From Lepidodermella squamata (taxonomy: Eukaryota; Animalia; Gastrotricha): a DNA stretch of 64,000 bases. This document shows, in pieces, positions 23,183 through 37,137 of the stretch. The position numbers were made by a program, and so were the translations under genes. Position 1 is the stretch's first letter; each line of letters begins with the position of its first letter. The notes under the pieces are model-generated. The model saw only the letters and a list, made by a program, of their open reading frames with translations, searched no databases and had not been told where the DNA came from. The stretch lies in contig JBLDXI010000010.1 of NCBI GenBank assembly GCA_047495785.1, forward strand, positions 310,001 through 374,000, written 5' to 3'.

Positions 23183-25612
23183 TCATTTTTGAATATTATG
23201 GCTAGAATTTGGCTCCGACGACCCAATTTTCATAGCAAAATACTGTTTGTATCCAGGCGTAGGATCCAAGGACATGAATCCAACAATTGATTGTTGCTGA
23301 AAACATGAAAGAAATTAAGACCAAAATACCAACATTTTAAGGACTTACTTGGCAGGAAAGCTCTTGTAACAACTATAAAAGCCGGATCCCAGCCCATGAG
23401 GAAAAACGCTATGGCAAAGCACGAGAATGTGTAAGAAATAGCACCGCCCAACGCTTCCAACCGCCTCCAACATTGCGGTGACAAATTTTGCCGAATTTTC
23501 GCGTAAATGAAAGACTTAGGGTTGTTGCAAGCTTGACGCAACAGTCCCTCGACAGCTATCTGGAAGAAATTGCACGCCGTCCACAGGGCCATCGTCCGGT
23601 TGGTACCATGCCACGCCCAGATGAAGAAGAACGTAACAGCACCACCAAGTTGTTTGCCGAGCTTTTTACCGACTGGTACGTAGATGTAGCTTTTGAGGAA
23701 GTCGTAAAGACCCGTGTCGAAGTATTTCCACATGTTCGAGAATAGGTAGACGCGAGCACAGCATATTGGAAGCGGCGTCAGTTCGACGCCGTGATCGAGG
23801 TAGGCAAAAATCAGCGACAAGCCGTAAATTACCGTGTACTTCGCCTGGAAATATTGGCCATGTGACCAAGCTGGAAAAAATAAATGATAAAATGGTCGGA
23901 AAATTCAATGAATTAAATCACTAACTGATAATTCCGATTCCATATGAGTCAAGGCTCTCTAAAACATCGTGAAAATGTTCCACAGTGTAGTGCATGAAAA
24001 GCTCGCCCCAAATCATGGCGAAGAAGAGCCAGAAAGCAACGAGTGCCACTTTACGGATGAACGGCACAAGGTGAAATTGCCTCGATTCGGGCTTGTTTGA
24101 GGCGAAAGGTAACACAACATGGTCGTAGTAATGACGGTAAGTGATGATTGAAGCGACAATGGTTGGTGTGTACCAGAAATAGGCGAAAAAATCCAACAGG
24201 CCAAAAGTTGGCTTTGGTCCATCTGAATTCGTAGAATCGTCGATGTCATCCTGAATTTCCTTGATGATTTCTCCAGAATTAGCCTCCGCTGCCACCTTCA
24301 ATGGCTCACCGTCAACCAATCGATTTCTCTTCATAGAATTTGCCAAATCTTGACCAGGCTCAGTTGATTTTTCGAATACGTCGCAATTCTTCGATTTAGC
24401 TTTGGCTTTCAGATGCCATTGCCACTCGCTTCCGAAACTGACTATGAAATGAAAGAAATCGTCACTAAATTCGTGGCGAGAACATTTCTGTCTATTTTTA
24501 GGGCTAAAGAACTGTAGGATTTCCCTTGACCCTTTGATTAGGATCTCAATCTTTTCGCAAATAATGCCGATATCGATTTCAGTTATCGATTTTACAAATC
24601 AGTGATTTCCGATTTCAAAATTATTGGGAGCGAGGTTGAAAAGTTTTCTACATAGAGGACTGAAACAAAAATCAAAGGGTGCATCATTATCGATTGAATC
24701 GGAGAAAGCTCCGAAATCCCCCAAAAATCGGAGAAATTTAGTTATATAAAATAGGTATTGAATTCTTTAATTCAATCTCGAGGTCGCTTTAGAAACCTTA
24801 AATTTAAACAATTTTCCAACTTTTCAAATTTTAAAAAAATTATTCGAAGTAATAAAAAATCATATTAGGGACATTTTTCACTTTTCAATCTTACCATATC
24901 TCATGACGTTCCACATGCAAAACCACATGGCGAAGATGTTGGCATATGCATTACCCGAATACCAATATTCCCCAGCTTTGAAAATGTTTGAAAACTGATG
25001 GGAAACAATGATGTGACCAATTCCGACCAGCCATCCGAAAACGATCGGAAATTTGCTAATCCTCATGCAAAAGTAGACGACAAACATTTCCGCTGCTTGG
25101 ATCGTCGTGTTGTAGAAGCCCAGCGTAGCAATCATAGTAGCGAAACCGATGATCAAATTTGACCAGCGACGTAAATGGTAGAGTTTGAAATAACAGATAA
25201 GTTGAGTAGCCGCGGCATTTATACAGCCGCAAATTGAAAATCTGAGCCAATGTGAAAGAAACGCCGACCATTCTATATCTCCAATATCCTTGAAAATTCG
25301 GGGAAAAAATCGGTAAAAAATTCATAACAAAATTCCATCCTCACCTGATAATGACCAGGAATAAAATGCCCTCGGTGTTCTTCATCAGTCCATTCATTGA
25401 TGGTTAATATATCAGACGCCTCTAGTAAATAAATTTAAGCTGATTTCAGCTGATTTTCTGATGTCTCTAGACTCACTTGTTGCACCATGATAAAGATTTC
25501 GAAGGCCAGATCCGACGCAAAATGACATGACTAGGAAATAGATCAGCAACTCCACTTTGTTAATCGGAGCGTGAATGGACACAACTGCAGGCTCAACTTT
25601 GACCGCGGTCAT
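23183..25612 (-). CDS. HHAT: MBOAT acyltransferase, Hedgehog acyltransferase (HHAT/Rasp/Gup1)-like, multi-exon
   Basis: SNMWKYFDTGLYDFLKSYIYVP and TFFFIWAWHG with the catalytic His. The last exon SYAWIQTVFCYE ends at a stop at 23183. Confidence 0.82.
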
Positions 25613-26018
25613 TTTTAATTCCTTCTAAAATGAATGAAAATCAAGGTGAGCGATGAAGTTAGGCAACGGGAATATTGATCAATTTTCTCAGGAAATTCGA
25701 TACGAGGCGCTGTCTTGCCTCATCACAACACGCGGCTATATGTAATCAGAGTCGAAAAAAAATTCATTGAATATCTTAAAAAAGAGCACGCGACTAGATT
25801 TTTCAGCATCGATAGCACCAGCTGGTCAGGCGGATTCATTTTTTCACTGCCATTTATAATCCACTAATGGAATCCGTGAGGCGGAAAGATGAAACAGCAG
25901 CTGACGTGGGGGAAAAAGGTTTTTTATTCGCATAAATTAAGCCGAAAAAGGCAAATTATTCAGATTTTAAAACAGTTCATCACTTCGCCAGCTCATCGTT
26001 GAAAATTTTTCCAATTTT

Positions 26019-28231
26019 TCAGAGCACGCCACCGGCCGCGAAATTTTCGTAACTGAAAACCGTTTGAATCCAGGCATAACTTGTGACCAAGTAAATGAAG
26101 CTCTCATTTCCACCTAAAATAAAAAAAAGCAATAATGAAGAAAATTCGGAGAAATGCAGAGTAACTTTGGACACCTTGGATCTAGGTAAATAAAATTTGG
26201 CATAGGCATTCTCTGAAATCGTATGAAAAATTCTTAAGGTCTCGGTTTATCAGGTCATTCACCCGAAGTTCACCTGTAAAATCGGGATAATTTTCAAAAA
26301 TAGAGGAATCAAGAATTTAATTTATTTTAAATTAAAAAAATAACAAACTTTAAATTTGTTCCAAATTTCGTTTACAAATTGTCTCAAATTTGGGGGCCAA
26401 ATCTTGAAACTCAGGAAGCAATCAAATTTAATTAGCGTCCAATTTGCCCACTTGAACGAGACACTTTTTGAAAATTTTTTGAAAAAAAATCAAAAAATTT
26501 TTAGGATTTTAAACTTATTTTAAATCTTTGAAAACATGGTATTTTGTCTCAAGTTACCCCTCGTTACGGTACGTGATAATTATAATTAATTTCGTGATTA
26601 TAAACCTGAAAGAATTCTTCGAGCTACAATCCATTCCGGGCCATCCGGCAATAAGAAAAACGCCATTCCGATGGACGATAAACACATGAAAGAAACGGCG
26701 CAAATCAACGCCTCGAGGCGGCGCCACCAAGCCGGCGAAACTCGGCACCGAATGCTTCGAAAAATGAACGAATTCGGGTTATTCGAAGCTTGTCGAAACA
26801 GAGATTCCAGCACGATCTGAGCGAAATTCAACGCGCACCAAATCGCTTGGGACGCGCTTTGACCGTGCCATAGCCAGATGAAACTGAAGGTCAGTAGACC
26901 CGAAACGTGTTTACTTGCAATTTTCATAGTCGGCACGTAGATGTGCCACTTTAAAAATTCGTAAAGGCCAGTGTCGAATCCTTTCCACATTGCGGAGTAG
27001 AGGTAGACTCGAGAGATGAAAATAGGCAGTGGGTGTAGTTCGAATCCATGATCCAGGTAGGCAATTAGCCAGGGTAAGCCGTAAATGACCATGTATTTAG
27101 CTTGGAAAAACTGGCCATGAGCCCAGGCTGAATAAAAATTGTAAAGAAATCTGAAAATTAAAGATTGCCAACCAACTTATTATACAAGCTCCGAAATTGT
27201 CAAGATTTTCGACGAAATCGTTAGTTGTCAGAGTTTTATGCATAAAAGCCTCGCTCCACAACATATGAATTGGAATCCAAAGTAGGACAGTAACGATTTT
27301 TCGAAACAAGCCCCATGGCTTGAATTGTTCGGGATGGACGTTGGTTTGTTCGAAGAAGTGTTTATAGGTAACGATCGGCCCACTGAAGGTCGGAATGTAC
27401 CATAAATAGCCAAGAAAATCCAGGAATTCAAAATTCAGTTCCCCAGAACTTGTATCAAGGAAATCTTGCCATGAATGACCGAAGCTGACTAGAAAATTCG
27501 ATTTTTTTTAATGTAATATTTTTGTAAAATCGATACCGTATCTCATCACGTTCCAAAACCAGCCGTAATATGCGCTGTTAACGTGGTAAGTCATGCCATT
27601 CCATAAAGTTCCATCGCTAGGGTAGAGATAGGGCGAAATTCCGAAGACCATATGCCCGAATCCTACAACCCAGCCGACTATCAAAGGTCTACGGGTGATT
27701 TTCATTGCAGCGTAGACTATCACGTGTTCTACGGCGAAAATAGTCGTGTTGTTGATGCCCATTGCTATGATGTTGTAGATTAGGCCGGTTACTACGATTG
27801 TCCATCGCCTGAGGTGGTGAAGCCTTAGCCATGATAGGATCCAAGTTGCGGACGCGTTGAATAACCCGCAGACTAATAAAGGCCGCCACAAGGTGAGGAA
27901 ATGATTCCACTCATGGTCGTCAATGTCCTTTTGAGGCAAGCAAAGAATTGAAGTAAGATTCAGAAATATTGAGATTGCTTTCGAACTTTAAGGTGGTTTT
28001 TGATAAAGTAAGGTTCCGCTTGAGCAGCTTCTTCAGGGTAGACTTTTTTGAAACGCGCAACATCGGCTAGAAATTCCAAGGCCTATTATCATTCATTCTG
28101 AGTTTGAAATCGAAGCTACCTGTAACGTTTAAAAAGAGATTTCGAAGACCCAGGAAAACGATGGAAAGGTGAAAAATAGCGTAAAACACTAGTTCAGCTC
28201 TTGAGATTGGCGGATGAATTTGGGCAGACAT
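26019..28231 (-). CDS. HHAT: Second HHAT-like MBOAT acyltransferase, multi-exon
   Basis: Start MSAQIHPPISRAEL is homologous to the neighbour. SAMWKGFDTGLYEFLKWHIYVP and TFSFIWLWHG. Last exon ~26113-26019 reads SYAWIQTVFSYE. Confidence 0.8.
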
Positions 28232-29781
28232 GGTTTTTCAATTTTATTAACAATTTTTTTCCATGTTTCCGACTCACTGTAAATTCGAGCTAAACGAACG
28301 TGTTCTGAATGAGCGCATTGAGATAAGATTATGAGGGTATGCAAAATATATTTACATCATGCTTTTAATTAACAGTGCTTTCAGCTCTTATACTCGCATT
28401 ATATTCAAAAATGGAATTGAACGTGTTTATTACCGACCGAATATATATATGACTTGGTTTTCCGAAATTACAATTCTTTGCAAGGAAACCACTTAATAAA
28501 TTTAGGTTCCAGTACTAAATTTGTGAATCTTGTCTCTAAATAATGTAGATTTCGACGTTTCCTTATCTTGATCGATACCGATGCCGTCCTTGACCTGAGG
28601 CTATTTAATTCATCCTGATACCGCCAGACTGATGGTTTCTGATGGTCACTGATGGTTTCCAAGACTTCCGATGCCGGAAAAATCACTGATTTGTAAAATC
28701 GATACTCGGAATCGAATCTGAGATAAAGCTCGTGAATTAGAAGCGATTTTCGGATGATGAATATAGGTTGAACCGGCGCTAAGATCAAGTTTACCTGAGT
28801 TTAATAAAAGGGCGGTAATCGCTATTCGAGCATCATAAATTAACACTGTCATTCGAGATTTTGATTAGGTGACGAGATTTTCTTATTCATCCGATTATAA
28901 TGCGGTCGAATCGGCAAAATTTTAGCAGAATTTTCGGAATTTTAATTGCAGACGAAATTAAGTTGAAAAAATAGGTAAATTCTGAAGATATTTAAAAATG
29001 TAAAGTTCCACCAAAAATGGAATTTTCAGCCAAAGCAATGGGAATGTCTGCGCAATCATCAAGTTTTCTTCCGAAATCAACCGATTACATTCAATTTTTC
29101 TGCATTTCTCGAATTTCTCGCGGGACACTTGGGCTATATCTATTGCTTTCGGAAAGCCCTTATTTTTCATCGATTCCCCTCATGATTCCCGACAAATCCT
29201 GGCAAAAAATCCGGCCAATAACTACCCACAAAGCCCGGATATTTTTATTGTTTCCGGTGAAACCCAGAGGATTTTTATTGCCATTTGGCAAGCTGCTGAT
29301 CTGATTTTCAAGCGCCGTCGAACTATTTTTAGCGATACCAAAAATAGCAGCATGCTCTATTTTTGGCTTTAGATTTACAGCGAATCACTCGCTAAAAATA
29401 GAATTTGTTACTATATTTAGCATTCGCAAAAAATGGTTCAACGGCGCGAGGAAATTATTTTGGAGAAATCACAAGTTCTGCATCCGTTACTTGACATAAC
29501 TTGGTGAAATCTGCCGGGCCACCCGAGACGAGGCCGGACGAGGATAAACAACCCAATGTCGCACGCGCGCAAGTGACAAAAAAAAACATTACACGGTTGC
29601 GGCTGTTTTGTTCAGGTGTTATTTTGAGATGGCACTAATAGTGTATCCACGCGATTATTTTCCTTTGCTGTGAACTTCATTCAAACGTTCGAATCGAGAA
29701 TTATTCTAAAATTTATTCTGTTCATCATTTTTAAATCGACTGTATGCCAACCTTTTTTAGCTGTTCAACAGGAGCTTCAAA

Positions 29782-32700
29782 ATGTTACAATTGTTAATAA
29801 TAATAATAGCTAGCTGTTTCGCTCCCTCGTTGCTCGCACAGGAACCCTCAGGTAGGGCGGCCTCTGGAACGGAGGCGACGGCCGCTGATACCGACGGCGC
29901 ACCCAACCTTCAGAGCAGCCCATACGCAGACCCGATATTCCCATCCCCTATCAAGGTCTATATTCCAGACGATATGGACTGGGACTGGGACAACTTTTGG
30001 CGAGATCAACTAATGGATATCTCAGGTGGGAATATCAAACCCGCATTTTTTAATTACTCAAGAACTCGATTTACTTCAAATTTTCGTTGTTTATGCCCAG
30101 GACAGGTTAATAGGCATAATATTTATCCGAATTTGAGAATTTTGTGAATTACTTGAAATTATGCGTCGTAGGTAATTTTTCAGCAGAATTTTTTTCTGAA
30201 AAACGTGTTCAACACCAAAATTGCGAAATTAAAAAAATTAGCCGTTAAAACTTTACGGACCGATTTTGCAAATTGTTCTGTAATCCTATTCCAGGTAGAA
30301 GCCTTTTCACGAGCCATGATGCACGCTATGGGGATGAGGTGGCATTTTCGACGGCCAGATCGTGACGCCTACATGAAAATTAACAGAGATTACGGGTATA
30401 AAACATTCATTCTATAAAAAGCTGCTCAAATTTTATGGTATTGCAAAAATTTGCCCCAGGTATGACATAATTCCTGGCATGGAGACGTGGAACACGTCCT
30501 ACGACTACGACACCTTGGTTTCAGATCAAAATAGCTACAGCAGCGACGAAGTGCCTGCCCTTGAACCGCTCGACTTGCGTCACCTGATGTTTATCGGCAG
30601 CATGGACCATTTGTCACACGGCGACATTTTGCGGCTGAATCGTCTTTACAATTGTTTTGGTGAGAAAAATAATCTTAGATCTAATACCGATTCGGGCGGG
30701 TCAATTTTCAACACTATATACCGTTTAGGTGATTTTGGACGGATCATGTTTTTCGAGGATTAGAAATTAATTTTGATTCAGAAATCGATGGATTTTAGTA
30801 GAATGATGTGTAAGGCGGGTCCCGAAATTTATTCAGGGCTAAAGCTCAAAGTGTCTCAATTTGGGGTGTCCAAATTTTGGGCCCATTACGGTAATCCTCG
30901 TTGCTGTTATTTGAGTAAAGAACTTAAAGATGCGTAAATTTTTATTTTTTTTCGGTTTTTTTAGAACTGTATCCTAAATGCCAAACTCTTGCCTGCAAAA
31001 ATGGCGGCTTCCCTAACCCGGCGCAAGCGTGTGAGAAGTGCCGGTGTCCTTACGGCTTCGGCGCCGACCTGTGTGATACATTCGCCCCAGCGATTCCACC
31101 GAACAGTTGCGGCGGAAATGTGCCCGTCTCGCCTTGTAAAGCCACAGTCATCACATCACCTAACTACCCTGGCCAGTATGCCGCTGGCAGTTCATGCTCG
31201 TGGATGGTTTCAACGGTTAGGTCTACTTCCAATAGTCGATTATTATTTCAAATGCAAAAATAATTTAATTTTTTAATTTAAAGAATGGCTGCTAATTTTT
31301 CATTTCTTTTTATGACAGGCAGCGACAAGTGGCTTGATTTTCGCCTTCGAAGAGCGGCCGAAGATGCCATGCCTTACCTACTGTAAGATTTTCTATTATG
31401 ACGTGTTTAATTTTCACTTCAGTTTCACTTGACAGATGGCAATGCCTGTGAAGACTACGTCATCATCCGCGATCTCGGTGCCGATGGATATCCTGGCTTC
31501 AAGTTTGTTGTTACGAATAACTCCTACCCTATAATAAATTCATACTGCGATTATAAATAACGGATTCAGTGAATTTTGAAGATTTTTCCTGGATTTAGTG
31601 GAGCATGATAGCGAAATTTTTGCGTACTCAAATTCCCCTAGATTCGGACACAATTCAATGCACTGTGCCCAGTTATTGATTATCGGTTATTGATTTATCG
31701 ATTCAAGGTATATCTGGCTGTATTTCATGTTATTTTGATGTTTATCGCTTCGAAATATCCAGAATTGATCGAAAATCACTTTAAAACCGCGATATTATTG
31801 ATTATCGATTATCGATCGATAACCATCATCAGCTTGATTCTTTCGCCCGAAGACTTTCGGGTGAATTTATTTGATATCCTGCTGTATATTGCAGATTCTG
31901 CTCGTGTGGCGTCAGCAGCGGCCGGGCCTTTGTCACGGACAAGAACCAGGCGTTGGTGTACTTCCGATCGAAAAACAGCTCGCCGCAGTACGGCTTCAAA
32001 CTAGTCGTCTACGCCACATTCCCAGGTGTCGCGGCCACGTCGGTGAACCGCGAGATGACGATCACTCAAAGCGGTTACGACTATGAAGGTTCGGCAAATG
32101 CGACCAGCTCGAATAATGGACCGTGCGTCCCGTGGACTACTCGCGGTTCCTGTTTCCCGGCGGCAAAATAGCCGATAGCGGTTCAGCTTGCCGTAATTTG
32201 GACTTGGGCGCTGGGCTCAGTTGTCTGACCGGAAACCCGCCGGTGTTGTCCCCTTGCAATGCGCCGCAAAAATTGGGTGAGATTTGCCGTATATTTTTAT
32301 CATAACTAGAAGGTTCAGCGAAATTTAATAACAGCGACAAAGGACAGTCGTCTTTTCATTTATAAAAAAGTCACTTTAAGCAGTTGACGTAGGTTTGGCT
32401 CAAATTACACCATAATACGTGTCTCATAAGTTGCGCAAACATTTTGTAATTTCGAATTTTTTCCATGGAAATTAGAAATATTTTTTGTAATTAAGCCCAG
32501 TGGGGCTATCTCCCATCGTTTATTCACGTTTTTACCAAAGAAATTACAAAATTTACCGGGGAAAACCCTGAAGACTCCGATGGTAACTGGTCCGGTAATT
32601 TTCGGTTTTTACCTGGTTGGATCAAATGTCTTCGGATTTTTTTAATCCCATTCACAAGAAACATACTGGTTACTACAGGGTGTCCCAGAAGTTGCGCAAC

Positions 32701-33948
32701 TATTTCCTAACTTGGAAAATTTGTGTAGGAAATTCAACTATTTTTTTCAAATTGAACCTACAGAGAGAACCGAAGAAATGAAAAATTTACCGGAGTAAAA
32801 TCGCAAAAACCCGATGGTAACTGGTTCGGTAATTTTCGGTATTTAACCCGGTTGGAACTGATTTCAACGAACTTTTTAATCTCATTAACAAGCGTCATTT
32901 TAGGTTAATATTCTCATAATTGTTTTTAAATTTTTATAAATTTTGTCTGACCATGAAATGTGACTTCGTCTCGCCTTTTACAGTTTCTGAACCCTTTTCC
33001 ATGTATTTTCTTTGCTTGCGTTACTTATGGGACACGCTGTATTCTTATGGCAGTTTGGATTTTTCAAAGATTCTTCTGGCCTCTCTCAGTTTAGAGTTTC
33101 TGATCCTTAGTTTGCGTTATACTTATATAGGACACGATGTAGAAGGAAGGCGTAATATAGGCCTTACTCAATTCGATCATCAGCGATCGAGCCTGTGGCT
33201 TCGGCTTCGTTCTTTAAATTTAAATTTTAAAACTTTTCAATAATTCATCATGCAGTGGTACCCGAGCAGGTTCGAGCTCGCTGCATCAACTCGGCCACAA
33301 AGGAATTTGAAGCATGTCGGATTTCGTGCCGGCCTGGCGAAGAGCAACTTGGCGGTTCCAGCTTCACTTTCCCGCTGGACACCTGCAATTTGGGGGTAAA
33401 TAATAACGTTTTTACATTTTTTATATCGCTCGACTCATTGATCATTGATGCTGAATACTTCATGCTGTGTCGGAAAGTGTAAAATTTCATTGTAAAATTT
33501 CAGCCAGCCAGGAAATGCGAAAGCAAAACTGGGTTCCGTTGCATTGCCGGCGGCATGAAATGCGGCCCTGGCGAGACACCAGTGGTAAGTCTGCTTGCTA
33601 AGGAAACTATGAAATGCCCTTTAAATCGTGATTATACAGTCTCCGAACATCAATACGTACAAGTATTTCAACCGAAATCTGCTGATTTGCAACCATAAAA
33701 GCAGTTACAATAAGGTTTATATTGCTGCTCTCAATGGGAAATTTTCTTGATGAATCTGTTATTATTATACCTATTGATCAGTACTTCAAATGCTTCACGG
33801 GCCCTAAGTCTTTCGAATGCCGTCGTGACGCTTGCCGTTCTGGCGAGGTTAGCATTTTCTATTTGAATATTATGACGGCCATCCTATTTATGTTTAATCA
33901 TAGACCCCGGTCGGCCCGTTTCCTGATCCTTTCAAGTGCTATGCGTGA
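29782..33948 (+). CDS. Secreted astacin-like pseudoprotease with EGF, CUB, kringle-like and Cys-rich C-terminal modules, multi-exon
   Basis: Signal peptide; RPDRDAY, YDYD and LSHGDILRLNRLYNC (astacin); CKNGGFPNP..CRCPYGFGADLC (EGF); ITSPNYPGQY..CSW and CEDYV (CUB); GYDYEGSAN..CVPW..CRN (kringle-like). Not every exon join was checked. Confidence 0.72.
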
Positions 33949-34674
33949 CGAAGCTTGCGTAGAAAACAATATTTTTTGACTGAATATTTATTTATTTTTT
34001 GACTGGAATACTTCAAAGGATCTATAAAGGATGCTCAATTTATAGGATGTGCTTATTGCAGCAATTATATTGAAGTTATATTAATCTCTTATTTCACGTC
34101 CCGATCATTTGGTTGAAACAGGCGAATTGAATAAAATTTGACTTTTGATTTTACCTACTCTGTTTTTCACTTAATTGGTGGCAACGGCAATTGAGAATCA
34201 AATTGAAAGATTAATCTTTTGCGACTAAAGGAGAACCCTGATTTCAACGGTGCGTCTGACATGCGTCTGACAAATTTTTGATATTCGAAATCGATATTCG
34301 AAATCGATAATCAATATTATGGCGATTTATAAAGAGATAAAAAAATTTGGCAAAAAAAAATAAAAATGTAAAAAAAAATGAAATGTACAGAAAAGACCTT
34401 CAGTGCGGACTTTATGCGGATGAAAAATGGGACACACATTTCAGAGTCAAAGTAACGTGTGATTTTTGCCCAATCGTTGAATGGTAAATTGAGCAGATTA
34501 ACCCGATGAAGCGACTGGCTTTCAAATTATTTCAAACTAAAGCGATGAAACATCAAATAGCGCATATTATGACGACCAAATCGGCGAGAAAAATGCGAGA
34601 AAAATTAAAAATCGAATTCATCTGGTTTCAGAATTTTATTATATCCGCCAAAAACCACAACACTGTTTTTCAAC

Positions 34675-37137
34675 TCATTCGTTATTTGTTTTGCACGAAT
34701 CATTTGAATATTTGAAACACCATTTAGGAGGCTGGCTTGCGTTGAAGCAAATCACTTTGCCAAGCTCGAACGCGGCATCCATGGCCTCTTTCAGGGTTTG
34801 TTCATTCTCCTCCTTGAGATGCCAGCAAGCGGCTGGGCAATGCAGCGCCGACAGACAATATTTAGTGGTTTCCGCATCAGCAGAATTCTCGAAACATATT
34901 CGAACTAAAAAAATAGAAAATGTTGTAATTTTTTTTGAAATGTTGCAATAAGTTAACTTACATGCGCGAATAGTTCTTGGTGGGAAGACAATAACAATAG
35001 GCTCATCGCTGATTTCAGGCAACTCTGATTTGTACAGAATTTCCCATTCGTCATCGTCATCGTACTTTGTCAGAACAGCTATCCTAGTCGAAATTCTTAA
35101 TCTGTGCGAAAAAGAGACCAGAAAAATCAGGAATTGTCTTATACTCACAAGGTGTGCAATATATTTATTTAATTTCACAACAACTTTGTGAGAAATTCAA
35201 CTCATTTTTTTTAAATGAAATCTCTCATTATTTATCCACGATTTCACCGACGAGATAAAAAATCTACCGAAGAAAACACGGCAAACCCCGATGGTAACTG
35301 GTTCGGTAATTTTCGGTATTTTAATTTTAATAATATTCGGGACTCTCATGTTAGAGTCTAATCCTTCTCCCGAGTATCTTCTTTGTTACATTACACCTGC
35401 TGATTGTAGGGTTACCGTAACCCTAAAAAATTTCAAGTGTTACTCAGGTATTTCATCAGGTAACTCAGGTAAATCAGGTTCGAGCCCTCAATTTTCAAAT
35501 GAATGTTTCCTGTCTTGATCAATAACAATAGAACCTATAATTTAGCTACTTGGCACCTTAAGGTATGAGGTATGCATATAAAATTTCAATGTTTGATTCA
35601 AAAGCTTCTGATATTCGAAAAATCACCGATTTGTAAAATCGATACTTGGAATCGATATTATCGGCATTACAGACCAAAATACTGCTCATGAACTGACCGC
35701 AAATTACGCATAATAGTGAGATATATTGGCGTAAAATAATAAATAAGATTCTTAAAAAGGCCTCAAAATCGAAAAATGTTGGGAGTCTCAAATTTGGGGA
35801 GTAAATTTTTTGAAATTTATTTGAAAAAAATCCTAATCGGGGTTTTAGCTTGTGAAATCTCCCTCAACTGGGGCCCCGTATCCTAATTCACAGATTCTCA
35901 AAATGTATCTAAATTCAAGCGAAAATTTACCAATTTGTTGCTGGTGTGGGACATTGATATCAAATTTGAAATAAACAGCAGAACTTACTCCTCATCGTAG
36001 TCGAGTTTGAAGGCGCCGAAGATGATTGAAGCCACAGATTGTTCTTTCGACAGGCGAAAGGTGAAGCTATTAGGATCAATTGAGTATGCATAACGGTCCA
36101 TATGATAATTTTCGAAGGATCCCTTTCTCAATTTACGTATCTGATACACTGGCGGCGAGTGCAATTGCCGCAAACACCAGTCATCCAACAAGTCCTGAGA
36201 CGCTACAATAAAGAATAAAAAAGATCAATAAATCGTTAATGAGCGATTTTATATTCTTACCTAATCGAGGTCTGCTTTGTATTGCTTCTGCTTTTTCCAG
36301 GTCGAAATTGTTGTCAGCTATCATCTTGTAAAGCGGCGCCATTTCAGCGAATGAAACTTCGAAAAAAGTGATGTGATAAAATCGAACCGCCGCTAAAATT
36401 GTTGCCATTTCGGCTCGATCGGCATCTCGATTTTTCGACCACCATCTCCCCACTGCGTACAGCAAGTGCGTTTCCTCTACTGCTAACGTGTCTTGGGACA
36501 AAATTTCCGCAACTGCTCGGGCAGGTAAGCTTTCGAATTCGTCGCTTGGAATGCAATCGGCTTGGAACACCGAAAAATATCGATGGCAATAATTCATGAG
36601 TTTAACGTCATTTAGCGCTACGGCAATTTCGAAAATTTTGAAAACTGTTGAATCGCTCAGAGTGTTGCCGAGGAAATGTCCCATGGCGTCGAATAGGCAA
36701 GAGCATTGGTACTCATCGGCGATTTTGTACAACTCAATCGCCGTATCCAGGCTCAGGCCTTTCACGTCGATTTTTCGCGTGTAAATAAATTGAAGGAGCA
36801 ACTCAAAAGCGCGGGGCGATTTGCCGGGGAGTGATATCGGCTCGGATTTGTTGACAGATTCCTTGAATTTGCCGCCGCATAGCATTTCGTTGAAGAAGGG
36901 CGACTGCAGGGCTAGAATAGCCCTATGCGCTCGGAATTCTTTATCGCCGACCAGGAAAACTACGTCAGAATTAAGCATTGTTTCGAGCAATTTCGGCAAT
37001 AAATCTTCGATTAAGTTGTCGCGGCCGTAGCAGTAAGTATCATCGGTGATGAATTTCGGTTCATTATCGCAGCATTCGGCTCTGGTTGCAGCTGAATCGG
37101 CTGAATCGAATAAATCTTCAGGAATTGAGGAAGGCAT
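34675..37137 (-). CDS. BTB/POZ-BACK domain protein (BTBD9-like), copy A, about 4 exons
   Basis: SDVVFLVGDKEFRAHRAILALQSPFFNEML, FELLLQFIYT, BACK motif LSQDTLAVEE. 3' exons are homologous to copies B and C. Confidence 0.8.

Noticed and set aside
29312-29448. Small imperfect inverted repeat upstream of the astacin-like gene
   Set aside because: Too degenerate to classify, probably an old MITE.
32577-35320. Short dispersed motif CCGATGGTAACTGGTTCGGTAATTTTCGGT, three copies
   Set aside because: Intronic fragments of a common repeat with no structure suggesting function.
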